IMG/VR virus record: IMGVR_UViG_3300036791_000368
Location: 1 to 52,434 of that record
Strand: one strand, 5' to 3'
Length of the DNA stretch: 52,434 nt
Origin: a virus
Lineage: Duplodnaviria > Caudoviricetes
Position 1 is the first letter of the stretch. Each line of letters opens with the position of its first letter. The notes beneath the pieces are model-generated. The model was not told the DNA's origin and made no database searches. It was given only the letters and a program-made list of their open reading frames with translations. Position numbers and translations under genes: made by a program. Positions 44,017-52,434 of this stretch are shown one piece after another.

Positions 44017-44934
44017 TTATAGACCTGTCAAGATGACAGCGGCAAACGGCTGGTCAAGACCCGTCGCCGAACGACGGTTGGTGTCCGACCTCCACGTACG
44101 CCGTGGTTGGTCGCGGTACAACGGTGTAGCTTGCAACGGCTCCTCATCGGAGTAGAAGCCAACCGTACCACGCTCCAAGACGATTCCAGAGCTGTCAGGC
44201 AATACACCACCCGACTTTGTGACCAACACATCTAGGTTCAGCACCTTCTGTGGCATCGTGCCAGTGTACAACAAGTTCTCATCCGCCAAGTTGCCTTGGA
44301 AGATATTGTTGAACTGGACGCTGCTCAGTAGGTTGAACTTCTGAAGTTCCGTGATGATCAACGTGTCGGCGTTGAAGTTCAGGAAGTTCTGTGGCTGCTG
44401 ACCAGTAACAGCGTTGTTCACCAGTCGCGTCGCCTTCAGGATGTCCTGACGGATATTCGTTGACGTAGCCCACGCCGTTCCAACCGCGAACGTTGGAACA
44501 CTCGGATTCGACAGAAAGAGGTTGAAGAACACTGTATCCCAGTCACGAATCAGTGTGTTTCTTATCTGCGTTGTCTGAATGTTGACCATGTCCATCTTGT
44601 TCCGCATCCGCATCTCGTCTGAGATCAGAAGGGACAAGCCGCGGTCAGCGGTTGCAGCAACTGTCGGAATGCCCAAGCTCGTCTGAGCAAACATGTACTC
44701 ACCGAACTCCTGACGAAGCGCTGCAGCTGTGTTAGCAAACAGCGGCGTCGACTGGTAGTACTCGACGAGGCCAGAGTTGTTTCCTCCTGCATTCCGAAGA
44801 ACCGAGTCCGTGATGAACTGGTTCGCCGCAATTTGCAGGATACGCCTTGGAATAACAGTTGGGTTGTTGATGAGATCGTTTACTGTTATCCTTGGGCCAT
44901 CTGACGATGCCTGGATTGGCATTATTGCACTCAT
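44017..44934 (-). CDS. Major capsid protein
   Basis: 305 aa, after protease and decoration genes; GPRITVNDLINNP; ends DQPFAAVILTGL. Confidence 0.88.
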   Translation of the reverse strand: MSAIMPIQASSDGPRITVNDLINNPTVIPRRILQIAANQFITDSVLRNAGGNNSGLVEYYQSTPLFANTAAALRQEFGEYMFAQTSLGIPTVAATADRGLSLLISDEMRMRNKMDMVNIQTTQIRNTLIRDWDTVFFNLFLSNPSVPTFAVGTAWATSTNIRQDILKATRLVNNAVTGQQPQNFLNFNADTLIITELQKFNLLSSVQFNNIFQGNLADENLLYTGTMPQKVLNLDVLVTKSGGVLPDSSGIVLERGTVGFYSDEEPLQATPLYRDQPRRTWRSDTNRRSATGLDQPFAAVILTGL

Positions 44935-44950
44935 GGTTTCTCACCTCCTC

Positions 44951-45385
44951 CTAACTGATATCGAGATTCACGGCGCCTACGGCGCCTAGCGCTACTCCGG
45001 CGGGTTCAAAACAAATGCCGACAACCTGACGAGCGTCAGGAGCAGCACCTGCTGGAGCAACTTGTCCGTTAGCCGCGGTGATCAACCGCTGACCAAATGT
45101 CGCAGCAGCTGCGTACGTCAAGGGGTAAACGCCCTCGTTGGCAACAGCTACTGTGTTTGGGTACGGTGCCAAGTTGACTGACACCGGTGCCCCTGGTACC
45201 GTTGGCACCTGACTCGTTGACGCAGGTAGTGCATCAGTAAGTGCAACACCAACACACACATTTGAACCTGCGGCTGAAGGCTGTACCCCTCCGGCTGCTC
45301 CGTCGACAAGCTGTCCACCTGCGACTTGAGCTAGGACCGTAAAGGTTACAGGACCCTCGGTAAAACGTGGAGTTATTGCAGGCAT
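44951..45385 (-). CDS. Capsid decoration/cement protein
   Basis: Ala/Gly/Val-rich, GVALTDA; between scaffold and capsid genes. Confidence 0.75.
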   Translation of the reverse strand: MPAITPRFTEGPVTFTVLAQVAGGQLVDGAAGGVQPSAAGSNVCVGVALTDALPASTSQVPTVPGAPVSVNLAPYPNTVAVANEGVYPLTYAAAATFGQRLITAANGQVAPAGAAPDARQVVGICFEPAGVALGAVGAVNLDIS

Positions 45386-45401
45386 TCTACATCACCTCCT
45401 T

Positions 45402-46418
45402 CTATTGCTTGGCCCAGGCTTCGAGAAGCGCTGCTTCGCGATCGGCCTCGGAGTCTTTGTCCGAGAACCCTTGACCGCGCTCAGTCGCCATCTCGATAAA
45501 GCCTGTGGTCTCCTCGAGGATGTCCCGAAGTACCTTGGCTACGTCGATGGTATCTCCACCATGATTGCTCAAGTCGATAACCGGAGCCTGAGGCAGCTCG
45601 AGAACTGGCTTCGCCAGCATGACCAACGCAGGCGGAACGCCCTTGTCAATCCATTGCCGCGCCTCGTTGGCAAATTCCTGCCTCGCCAACTTGAGTTCCA
45701 GCTCTTCGATCCGCTGTAGGTTCGGATCTGTTACTGGTTGATCAGGCACCAAATCCATGAGGATCTCCTCCTCAGTCGGTAGGTTCGACAAGTCCGGAGC
45801 ACCTGGAACCGTATTTGGTTCTGGGTGCGCCGGTGGATCGGTGTCGCTAGACGAAGTCTCCACTGGTGGAGCTTCGTCCTTCGTCTGTGACATTTGCACC
45901 TCCTCGGTTGTCATATCGACTGTGTCGCCTACCTCCTCGGATAGCGACACCTCTTGCCAGGACGTCATACCCGTTACCCTTGGGTCTAACGTTCCCAACA
46001 CATGTTGAATCGCACGGGGAAACTTTGCCCCGTCCGCTCGATCTAGTCCTTCAATGATGCGTGCCGAGACTCCCAAGTTCGGGTTCTTCCGCACCAGGTC
46101 CGCAGCATCCTCGGTTAGGTCAAGGAGTACATCAAGGCCCTTATCGGTAACCTCCATGCCCTTTACCTCACCTCTGAAGCGCTCAGGATCCATTGTGTGG
46201 CTATTGTCGTCTTTGGCCAACAGAAACGCTACCTGATCGAACGCCCTCCCTCGAAACGAGGAAGCTAAGTCCGAAAGGTACTGATCGTCGAAACTGATCT
46301 TACGTCCCTTGTAGTTGATGGTTCCCCGCGGAAGCAGTTGCTTTCTCCACAGGGTGCTAGATAGTTCAACTGCCTCTTGCCGGTCCAGCGGAGCTAGTAA
46401 TGCGAACTCGCCGGCCAT
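45402..46418 (-). CDS. Capsid maturation protease/scaffold
   Basis: DNSH, GVSARI, HVLGTLDP; acidic coiled C-terminus. Confidence 0.8.
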   Translation of the reverse strand: MAGEFALLAPLDRQEAVELSSTLWRKQLLPRGTINYKGRKISFDDQYLSDLASSFRGRAFDQVAFLLAKDDNSHTMDPERFRGEVKGMEVTDKGLDVLLDLTEDAADLVRKNPNLGVSARIIEGLDRADGAKFPRAIQHVLGTLDPRVTGMTSWQEVSLSEEVGDTVDMTTEEVQMSQTKDEAPPVETSSSDTDPPAHPEPNTVPGAPDLSNLPTEEEILMDLVPDQPVTDPNLQRIEELELKLARQEFANEARQWIDKGVPPALVMLAKPVLELPQAPVIDLSNHGGDTIDVAKVLRDILEETTGFIEMATERGQGFSDKDSEADREAALLEAWAKQ

Positions 46419-46419
46419 A

Positions 46420-46842
46420 TCACACCTCCTTCACTAGGTCTACTACGTTACCCCACTCGTCGAACCTCCAAGAGAGTGACTTGGATGCAGACTGCGCATG
46501 TGCGCGTGCACGCTTCGCATCCCATTCAGCCATTGCCTTAGCAGCTGCAGCCTGAACATCGGGGTGAATCTTACCAGGATGCTTACCTGCTTTTCCTCCG
46601 CCTACCGCCGTCTCGCCACCTACTGGAATTCCCTTCGACCACTTCCGCACAATACCAACGGCTAACTGAATAGCCTCCGAAACGTTCTTAGCTCGACCGG
46701 ACTTTATCATCTCATGTGCTACGTGCTGAATGTAAGCAGGCAACATCATACCCTTAACATGCCAAAGACCAGGCCCTGAAGGCTTACCAAAAGGCTCAGG
46801 AACCGTTGAGGCTGTTGGAGTCTCGACAGTGAGCTCAAGCAT
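46420..46842 (-). CDS. Hypothetical head-module protein
   Basis: GPGLW..LPAYIQHVAH..AIQLAVGIVRKW; between portal and protease genes. Confidence 0.65.
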   Translation of the reverse strand: MLELTVETPTASTVPEPFGKPSGPGLWHVKGMMLPAYIQHVAHEMIKSGRAKNVSEAIQLAVGIVRKWSKGIPVGGETAVGGGKAGKHPGKIHPDVQAAAAKAMAEWDAKRARAHAQSASKSLSWRFDEWGNVVDLVKEV

Positions 46843-48307
46843 TTGTCGACGCTCCTGCTTGAGGCTGACCAAGAGTCTGTGGTACGTTGCCTGCCTCCTG
46901 CTGAGCCTGCGCTGCGACTTGTGCACCAACATCTGCTGTCGCTCCGAGGCGCTGCTGTTGGCTCATTGGCTGAAAGTCCTTGAATGACTGCTCAATCACG
47001 TCTGTATTTATACCAAGTTCGTCAGCAACCAACAACGTTAGCTGTTCGACAAACTCAATTGGTACGTTCATCGACTGGGACTGAGCAATCGTCTGTAGCA
47101 GACCGAACGCCGACTGCACGTCCTGCTCTTCAAGAGGTCCGACAGCAAACTGAGGAATCTGAACTGCCTTACCTTTATTCCACCTAACAAGGTCCGTGAT
47201 CAGTCCCTGAGTAACTGTTGTTGATAGTTCTGTACTGTACGCCTTTAGCATCGTCATGAAGAAGGCGATCTGTGACTGCGAAAGACCATATGACCCACGA
47301 GTTCCAGTACCCATTCCGGCCCCCGTGCCCATAGCGCGTCCGGCTAGGTCTGTGAACCCCGCAAGCAATGACAAAGCCGAATCGCTATCTAGATAAGCAA
47401 TGGCTGCCTGGAACTCGTGGGAACCTGCACTGCCAGGTGCTAGAGGAATGATCTCTGTGACCCATTCCTTAGGCAGGCCCGCAACACCTGCATTCTTCAA
47501 GGCAGCGATCGCTTGTGCCGCTTTCTTAGCGGCTGGATCACCATTAGCAAGCACGATTGTGCGTGGTAGCGACATCGTCTCGCAATAGGTGTACCACAAG
47601 AACTTGAGCTTCTCCTTGATCCTGTAGTTATGATACGGGATTTGTAGGTCCGAGATGCCCTTAACTGGATTACGATGCTGTCCGTGTATGTACACAAGAG
47701 CATATGGAAGGGTAATCGACACTTGCAAAGGTTGTCCTAGGACCCACTGCGTGAAGCCCATAAGGTCGCCATTTACCCTTTGACGCAACATCGTACAGGT
47801 CTCTGCAGGCCTAAAGGCGACCTTGTCATACACGACCTGATTCTTTTCGTCCTGCTTAAACACCTTCTCGTGGTACGAACGTCGAAAAGTGAACGCACTC
47901 GTCATCTGAGCAATGACGGTTTCCATCGGTGTTGACATGCCTCCCGACGGTGTATCCTTACGCAATATCTCCTCGACCCACTGTGCTGTCTCATGATCGT
48001 CGTTGCCTTCGCCCGGTACGATATGCCAACCAGCGCCTATGATCGGCATCGACAACACCTGCTCTAGGGATTTTGCCTTGCCATCGTGGTCCAGCATCTC
48101 TTGCAACTGTCCTACGTTGGGCTCCCGGTAATCGTAAACGAGGCCTACGTTCTCCGGGAGCCCTGGTTGGAAAGCGAAGAGGAGATCACCCGCAAGATAG
48201 TCAAAGGTTGTACCCTTTTCCAGGTCCATAACAGGTCTGGCTTCAGGGTCAATAGGAGGTACAGTAGTTGAAGGTGTCGGAGTAACCGGGTTAGGAGGAA
48301 GACTCAC
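46835..48307 (-). CDS. Portal protein (Mu gp29/DUF935-like)
   Basis: 490 aa directly after TerL; GSYGLS. Confidence 0.85.
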   Translation of the reverse strand: MSLPPNPVTPTPSTTVPPIDPEARPVMDLEKGTTFDYLAGDLLFAFQPGLPENVGLVYDYREPNVGQLQEMLDHDGKAKSLEQVLSMPIIGAGWHIVPGEGNDDHETAQWVEEILRKDTPSGGMSTPMETVIAQMTSAFTFRRSYHEKVFKQDEKNQVVYDKVAFRPAETCTMLRQRVNGDLMGFTQWVLGQPLQVSITLPYALVYIHGQHRNPVKGISDLQIPYHNYRIKEKLKFLWYTYCETMSLPRTIVLANGDPAAKKAAQAIAALKNAGVAGLPKEWVTEIIPLAPGSAGSHEFQAAIAYLDSDSALSLLAGFTDLAGRAMGTGAGMGTGTRGSYGLSQSQIAFFMTMLKAYSTELSTTVTQGLITDLVRWNKGKAVQIPQFAVGPLEEQDVQSAFGLLQTIAQSQSMNVPIEFVEQLTLLVADELGINTDVIEQSFKDFQPMSQQQRLGATADVGAQVAAQAQQEAGNVPQTLGQPQAGASTNA

Positions 48308-49935
48308 CTATACTCCTCCACATACTCAGACTCGCCACCGTATTCAGTAACATACGCTTCTCCAGAGTCAACGCCGTGGAACCAAAGAGACATGACGACT
48401 GCATCAGCCGTATCGGGCGACCGTCGTAGTCGCTTTTTTGTAGCCTCTTTCGGTTCCACGGCGATTTTCGCCCCCGCACCTATGCGCCAACGAGGCGCGA
48501 TCAGGTCTCCAATCAGCTGATCATCAGGCGGCAGACACAGCCTGGTGGCAGGATTACTTGGGTCAAGCATCTCCCGAAGATTCCACCAGGCTGCGCTGCG
48601 CGTATTGGGGAAAGAAAATTCGCCATGAGCATCCATCATGGAGGTCTTGGCTGCTGAGTTGAACGACAATACCTCCTTGTCTTCCTCTCGCAACCGGTCG
48701 ACAACGCCTGCACCGATACCGATGACGTCGACGATCGCAAGTGTTGAGCCGTAGTTGTCCATTCGTCTGGCCAAACGGAGGGCGGTTGTCTGAGTGTCTT
48801 GCTGTCCAACGCGGTCGACACTGAGCACAACATATCCAACGCGCTCACAGACAGCCGTTTCATCGTCGCCAAAACGAGCAACGTCACACGAGAAAACGCG
48901 GGACCCGAGAAGCTCTTCCACAGGGAGACCGGACTCTTTGAAGGCATACCACCGCTCCACGGCTTGTTGTACCCAAGTCAGAGGAATCACACCATTTGAG
49001 TGCGAATCCTGCGGGAAACATGCTCTTACACGTGATTCCCATAGGGGTGTCGTCTGCCAAGCACCGTCAGAATCACGGTAAACGCCCCAGTCGAGCATAC
49101 GTTCTGCGACCCAAAGTGGAGACAGTAGAAGCTGTGACAGGTCAAACGGGATCTTTTCATGGCTAAAACCGATGTGATTCTCTACCATATACCCGTACAA
49201 ATCGCCTGTTTGGTTAGGAATATTGGAGACAACCTTGACCTCATCCTCGGAAAAGTTCGGGGATAATAGGCCATCTAGCACGACAACATTCCAGCCAGAT
49301 CCCGGTAGACACATGCGTGCGAACTCACTATTGGCATCATCTGGGTTACCGATCGCCAGTACACGCGCATTCTCGTTGGTTGCCAGGGCATCCACTGCCG
49401 TCCAAAGCTGCTCAGGGATCCCAGCAGCTTCATCGACCAAGATCAGAGGATAACGACAGTGGATGCCCTGGAAACCCGCTTCGTCATAGTCGGCTGGCTT
49501 ACGTCCATAGCCTACAAGCTCCTTACCAATCTTCCACTCTGGGATCCGTCCCATGTTAATCTGGCCTTGAAGGCCCAGTTTACGGTGCAACTTCTCAATC
49601 TCCCTCCACAGAACAGCGGAAACCTGCGCACTTGTAGGTGCGGTAGACACAACAAATGCCTCACCTAACTCGTGCTCTTCTATCCACTGACATGCAACAG
49701 CGGCCGCAAGAAACGATTTACCGAGATCGTGTGCCGAGGGAACTACCGTATAGCGGAACTTCCTGATCGTGGCTAGGACACGTTGCTGTCCTAAAGTTAG
49801 GTGAATCTTGCTCTTACGGAACCAAGCTTGAGGCTCCTTGGGTGGTCCGAACCACTCATCTGCGACGGAATGAATGAGCTGATGCGCCTCCGAAGGCCGT
49901 TTTGGTGGAAAGAAGGTCGACATCAGCTCATTCAC
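48304..49935 (-). CDS. terL: Terminase large subunit
   Basis: AHDLGKS, ILVDEA, IGNP, DVARFGDD, SPDTADA. Confidence 0.93.
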   Translation of the reverse strand: MNELMSTFFPPKRPSEAHQLIHSVADEWFGPPKEPQAWFRKSKIHLTLGQQRVLATIRKFRYTVVPSAHDLGKSFLAAAVACQWIEEHELGEAFVVSTAPTSAQVSAVLWREIEKLHRKLGLQGQINMGRIPEWKIGKELVGYGRKPADYDEAGFQGIHCRYPLILVDEAAGIPEQLWTAVDALATNENARVLAIGNPDDANSEFARMCLPGSGWNVVVLDGLLSPNFSEDEVKVVSNIPNQTGDLYGYMVENHIGFSHEKIPFDLSQLLLSPLWVAERMLDWGVYRDSDGAWQTTPLWESRVRACFPQDSHSNGVIPLTWVQQAVERWYAFKESGLPVEELLGSRVFSCDVARFGDDETAVCERVGYVVLSVDRVGQQDTQTTALRLARRMDNYGSTLAIVDVIGIGAGVVDRLREEDKEVLSFNSAAKTSMMDAHGEFSFPNTRSAAWWNLREMLDPSNPATRLCLPPDDQLIGDLIAPRWRIGAGAKIAVEPKEATKKRLRRSPDTADAVVMSLWFHGVDSGEAYVTEYGGESEYVEEYR

Positions 49936-49942
49936 TCACTCG

Positions 49943-50446
49943 TTAGACCGGCGCCACGTAGTCGGGCGGCTGGAATGGTGGCAGGTTGCCAAACACGAAC
50001 GCCTTGAGCGCTTCCTTCTGCTCGTCGCTCAGTCCCGGCGGCAGTACGATCGGGTGCTCGGGGTACACAGGCCAGTAGATCGGGTGTTCAGGGTGAGCGT
50101 CGTTGTCGGGCGGCGGTACCGGGACGTAAATCGGTGGCATCACCCAGGGTGGCAACTCATTGTCGACCCCTGGTTGGGCACCTGGCAGTGTGTTGTCAAT
50201 GCCGGGCTGGTCACCTGGCAACGTGTTGTCGATCCACTCAGGTGGTACACCGCCCCAGAAGCCTGGTGGACTACCTGGTGGCGGCACCGGAATGTAAATC
50301 GGTGGTGACGGACGTGGATCATTCGGACCCCAAATGCTGAGCGGTGGCTCGATCGGAATGTAGATCGGTGGCATGGGGTGATCGTCTTCGTCAGCCGAAA
50401 CCAACATAGTTCCCTCGACTACAACGTTAACCTTCTTCAGTGGCAT
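49943..50446 (-). CDS. Proline-rich repeat protein
   Basis: Repeats PPIY(I/V)P, (I/V)DN(T/E)LP three times, PEHPI twice. Confidence 0.7.
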   Translation of the reverse strand: MPLKKVNVVVEGTMLVSADEDDHPMPPIYIPIEPPLSIWGPNDPRPSPPIYIPVPPPGSPPGFWGGVPPEWIDNTLPGDQPGIDNTLPGAQPGVDNELPPWVMPPIYVPVPPPDNDAHPEHPIYWPVYPEHPIVLPPGLSDEQKEALKAFVFGNLPPFQPPDYVAPV

Positions 50447-50486
50447 ACTGCTCCTCTCATCATGTTGCTCTCATTGGTCGGGTTTG

Positions 50487-50675
50487 TCATTCAGATCCAT
50501 GATCCTTCCCGTTTGTGGGAAGAGTAACAAGAATAATTGCCAGTCCGCCTAGAAGGCCGACCGTTCCGAGTAACTCAGTGCTGATCGACTGATTCTGCGT
50601 GAGTACGATGAGCGACAATGTAAGCGTGCCTACTCCCAATAGGATAAGGTAGGCGACGCGGCGCGCCCTGGTCAT
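50487..50675 (-). CDS. Two-TM membrane protein, holin candidate
   Basis: Two hydrophobic helices, charged termini. Confidence 0.6.
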   Translation of the reverse strand: MTRARRVAYLILLGVGTLTLSLIVLTQNQSISTELLGTVGLLGGLAIILVTLPTNGKDHGSE

Positions 50676-50709
50676 TCATTTTCCACAGGGTGTTGGAGTC
50701 ATAGGTGCC

Positions 50710-51180
50710 TCATGCTGGTAGTGCGAGGGTGAAGGGTAACGTGTTGCCAATCACGTTGTCCCCAGCGTCCAGGACGGATATCGCCGAGCTTGCATCGCCT
50801 GACGTGTCGGTGACACCAGAGGGTATGGCGAACACGATCTGCGTGTCGGTCTGCGTCCAAAAAGCACTACCCGCAAGTACAACCGACCCATCCGGGAGTA
50901 GAATCGACGCTACTCCCATCAAGCCTGTCCCCGTTATCGTGATCAGGTCGCCTGCCCATCCTGACCCTGGTACAACACTCTGCAGATCCGGACCAGTGGA
51001 AGCAATGGTTGACCACGTACCCACGTTGTGAGGCGTGTTTGGGTCCCATCTGAGCCCTGCTTCTCGGTCTTCCCATACTGGACCAGGGCCTGGATCGGGA
51101 GACTGTGTGACTGTGTCCCACGCTTGCATCTCCGGGTCCCATAGGTGTCCCGTCGAGTAGCGGACCCAAACAGGCATCAT
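50710..51180 (-). CDS. IPT/TIG-like domain protein
   Basis: LQSVVPGSGWAGDLITITGTGL...TDTQIVFAIP. Confidence 0.65.
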   Translation of the reverse strand: MMPVWVRYSTGHLWDPEMQAWDTVTQSPDPGPGPVWEDREAGLRWDPNTPHNVGTWSTIASTGPDLQSVVPGSGWAGDLITITGTGLMGVASILLPDGSVVLAGSAFWTQTDTQIVFAIPSGVTDTSGDASSAISVLDAGDNVIGNTLPFTLALPA

Positions 51181-51214
51181 GAGGCCTTTGATCCACAGGG
51201 GCTAGTTGTTACAG

Positions 51215-51430
51215 TCATAGGTCGATCACTTCCCGCACGAAGAGTCCAACACCGAGAGCGATACTGGCCCACGCCAAGTATGACTCATTCGGGAAGTGAT
51301 CACTGACCAGTACAAGGATCCCTAGTGCAATCCCTGCTAACGCGGCCAGTATGGTAATGAAAATGGCCATACGCCGAGTCTGTGCACTCACCTGGACGGT
51401 CCTAAGCCTCACTTCACTGGTTTCGCTCAC
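51215..51430 (-). CDS. Two-TM membrane protein, holin candidate
   Basis: GTG start with AAGGAGGT RBS; two hydrophobic helices. Confidence 0.6.
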   Translation of the reverse strand: MSETSEVRLRTVQVSAQTRRMAIFITILAALAGIALGILVLVSDHFPNESYLAWASIALGVGLFVREVIDL

Positions 51431-51572
51431 GTAGTTACCTCCTTCACTTCCGGAAGGTCGTCGATGTATGGCGGTTGAACCTGCCACTCGAGACTAAGTA
51501 CCTCGAACTGGAGGGGAAACGGTGGGAGCCATGGACTGACAGGAACGGTGCCATCACTCCCGTCACCGCTCG

Positions 51573-52022
51573 TCACGCCGCCTCATCTTCAGGTGGGTGG
51601 GGCGGTGTGTCTGTAGAGTTGGCGTCAATCACGGCCAACTCAAGGAGCGTCTCCCTAGCTAGTTGACGCACGTCTGCACTGTTCGGGTCGAAGCCGTACC
51701 TGAGGCCTAAAGACCGGACGGTGCTGAATAGTGCCTGCCCAACCATCTTTGTCTGGGCCTGCTGCAACTTTACGTCAGCGTCAAGGCCATTCACCAACGT
51801 TGTCTCGACGATGTAACGCGATGCGTCGAAGCGAATCCGGTCATTCTGACTATAGGCTGCGAGGTGGCAAATACTTTGTGCAGCAATCAACGCGTGCTCT
51901 CGAAGTATACGGGACGTCGCGGCCGCAGCATCGCCACCGTCAAGCTGTGCCTCGAAGACCAGAGAGTCGAGGGCTGCCCGCGGATCCCACTGCTCTTCTG
52001 GTACTCGCACGTCATCGGACAC
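51573..52022 (-). CDS. Probable terminase small subunit
   Basis: First gene of the late arm, helical, DRIRFDASRYIVE; assignment mainly positional. Confidence 0.55.
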   Translation of the reverse strand: MSDDVRVPEEQWDPRAALDSLVFEAQLDGGDAAAATSRILREHALIAAQSICHLAAYSQNDRIRFDASRYIVETTLVNGLDADVKLQQAQTKMVGQALFSTVRSLGLRYGFDPNSADVRQLARETLLELAVIDANSTDTPPHPPEDEAA

Positions 52023-52049
52023 ACGTAACTCCCATAGATTCCTCTACTT

Positions 52050-52086
52050 CTATTATATATTAGTCCAATCGGAATATCAAGAGGTT
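52050..52086 (-). promoter_or_regulatory. Late-arm promoter related to the repeated element
   Basis: Minus strand TTGATA (52080-52075), 17-bp spacer, TATAAT (52057-52052), then AGAAGTA as in several + strand copies. Confidence 0.8.
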
Positions 52087-52101
52087 CACTAAAAATCCAT
52101 G

Positions 52102-52231
52102 ATGCCAGCTGAAATCATGGATTTATTTTCTATATGCCAGCCGAAATCATGAATCAATTCCGTATGCCGGCGGAATTGATGGATTTATTTTTTCAGATCC
52201 TCTATGCCGGCTGAAAGCATGGATTTATTTT
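52102..52231. repeat. Four imperfect ~28-bp direct repeats
   Basis: Approximately ATGCCRGCNGAAATCATGGATTTATTTT, starting at 52102, 52134, 52164 and 52204. Confidence 0.9.
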
Positions 52232-52310
52232 CGGGGAGCCAGGCCGCGTGAACCCGCCGGTCCCCTCTTTTTGACCCGGGGGTGTAATCTCTTGTAAGTT
52301 GGTGTGTTTT

Positions 52311-52348
52311 ATGAACTTCGTGAACTACATAAACTTCATGAACTACAT
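52311..52348. repeat. 9-bp tandem repeat, four copies
   Basis: ATGAACTTC GTGAACTAC ATAAACTTC ATGAACTAC AT. Confidence 0.85.
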
Positions 52349-52434
52349 TAAGTTGATGTATTTAATATTTAACATAAGCTATTAGTTGTCTAAGAGTTGA
52401 TCGTTTTCGCTTGACTTCGATCGATAGAACGTAG

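Larger units (their letters stand above)
1118..51200. repeat. Dispersed octamer CCACAGGG, at least 28 copies
   Basis: Found by eye at 15 + strand and 13 - strand positions, listed in findings. Confidence 0.9.

Noticed and set aside
1118-51200. CCACAGGG sites as canonical DnaA boxes forming an origin
   Set aside because: Sites are dispersed, the 5' TT(A/G)T part of the DnaA box is not conserved, and the GGG tail is invariant. Kept only as one hypothesis.
52102-52231. Mini-CRISPR array
   Set aside because: Repeats are nearly adjacent (gaps of about 12 bp or less), too short for spacers.
1-52434. Terminal direct or inverted repeats joining the two ends
   Set aside because: No convincing match between the first and last ~150 bases in either orientation by eye.

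Overview
The window looks like a complete or near-complete ~52 kb tailed (siphovirus-type) phage genome, probably lytic: no integrase or repressor was recognised. The host is probably an actinobacterium, with Acidimicrobiia suggested by the endolysin C-terminal repeats and the Rpf subtype. It has two converging arms. The + arm (443-28389) carries many small early genes in cassettes behind 12 copies of one sigma-A-like promoter element. It continues with DNA metabolism genes (PolX-SWIM, SNF2 helicase, DJ-1/PfpI, ATP-dependent ligase, PD-(D/E)XK nuclease, AAA ATPase, SSB, primase-helicase, UDG-fused PolA, RuvC-like), one tRNA-Cys, and a 7-deazaguanine cluster (queC, queD, queE, folE plus a divergent TGT/DpdA-like gene). 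The - arm (52022-28339) is the virion and lysis operon: terminase, portal, protease/scaffold, capsid, tail, tape measure with a lytic transglycosylase domain, two trios of paralogous fibre genes, and an amidase endolysin. Main unexplained signals: (1) the non-palindromic octamer CCACAGGG at 28 or more sites in both orientations, about 2 expected by chance; (2) helically phased direct repeats upstream of the repeated promoters, together with three Xis/BldC-like paralogues; (3) recurrent overlapping, mutually exclusive hairpins; (4) a stand-alone secreted Rpf; (5) an Acb2/Tad1-like protein. All family assignments come from motif recognition by eye; no database search was run.
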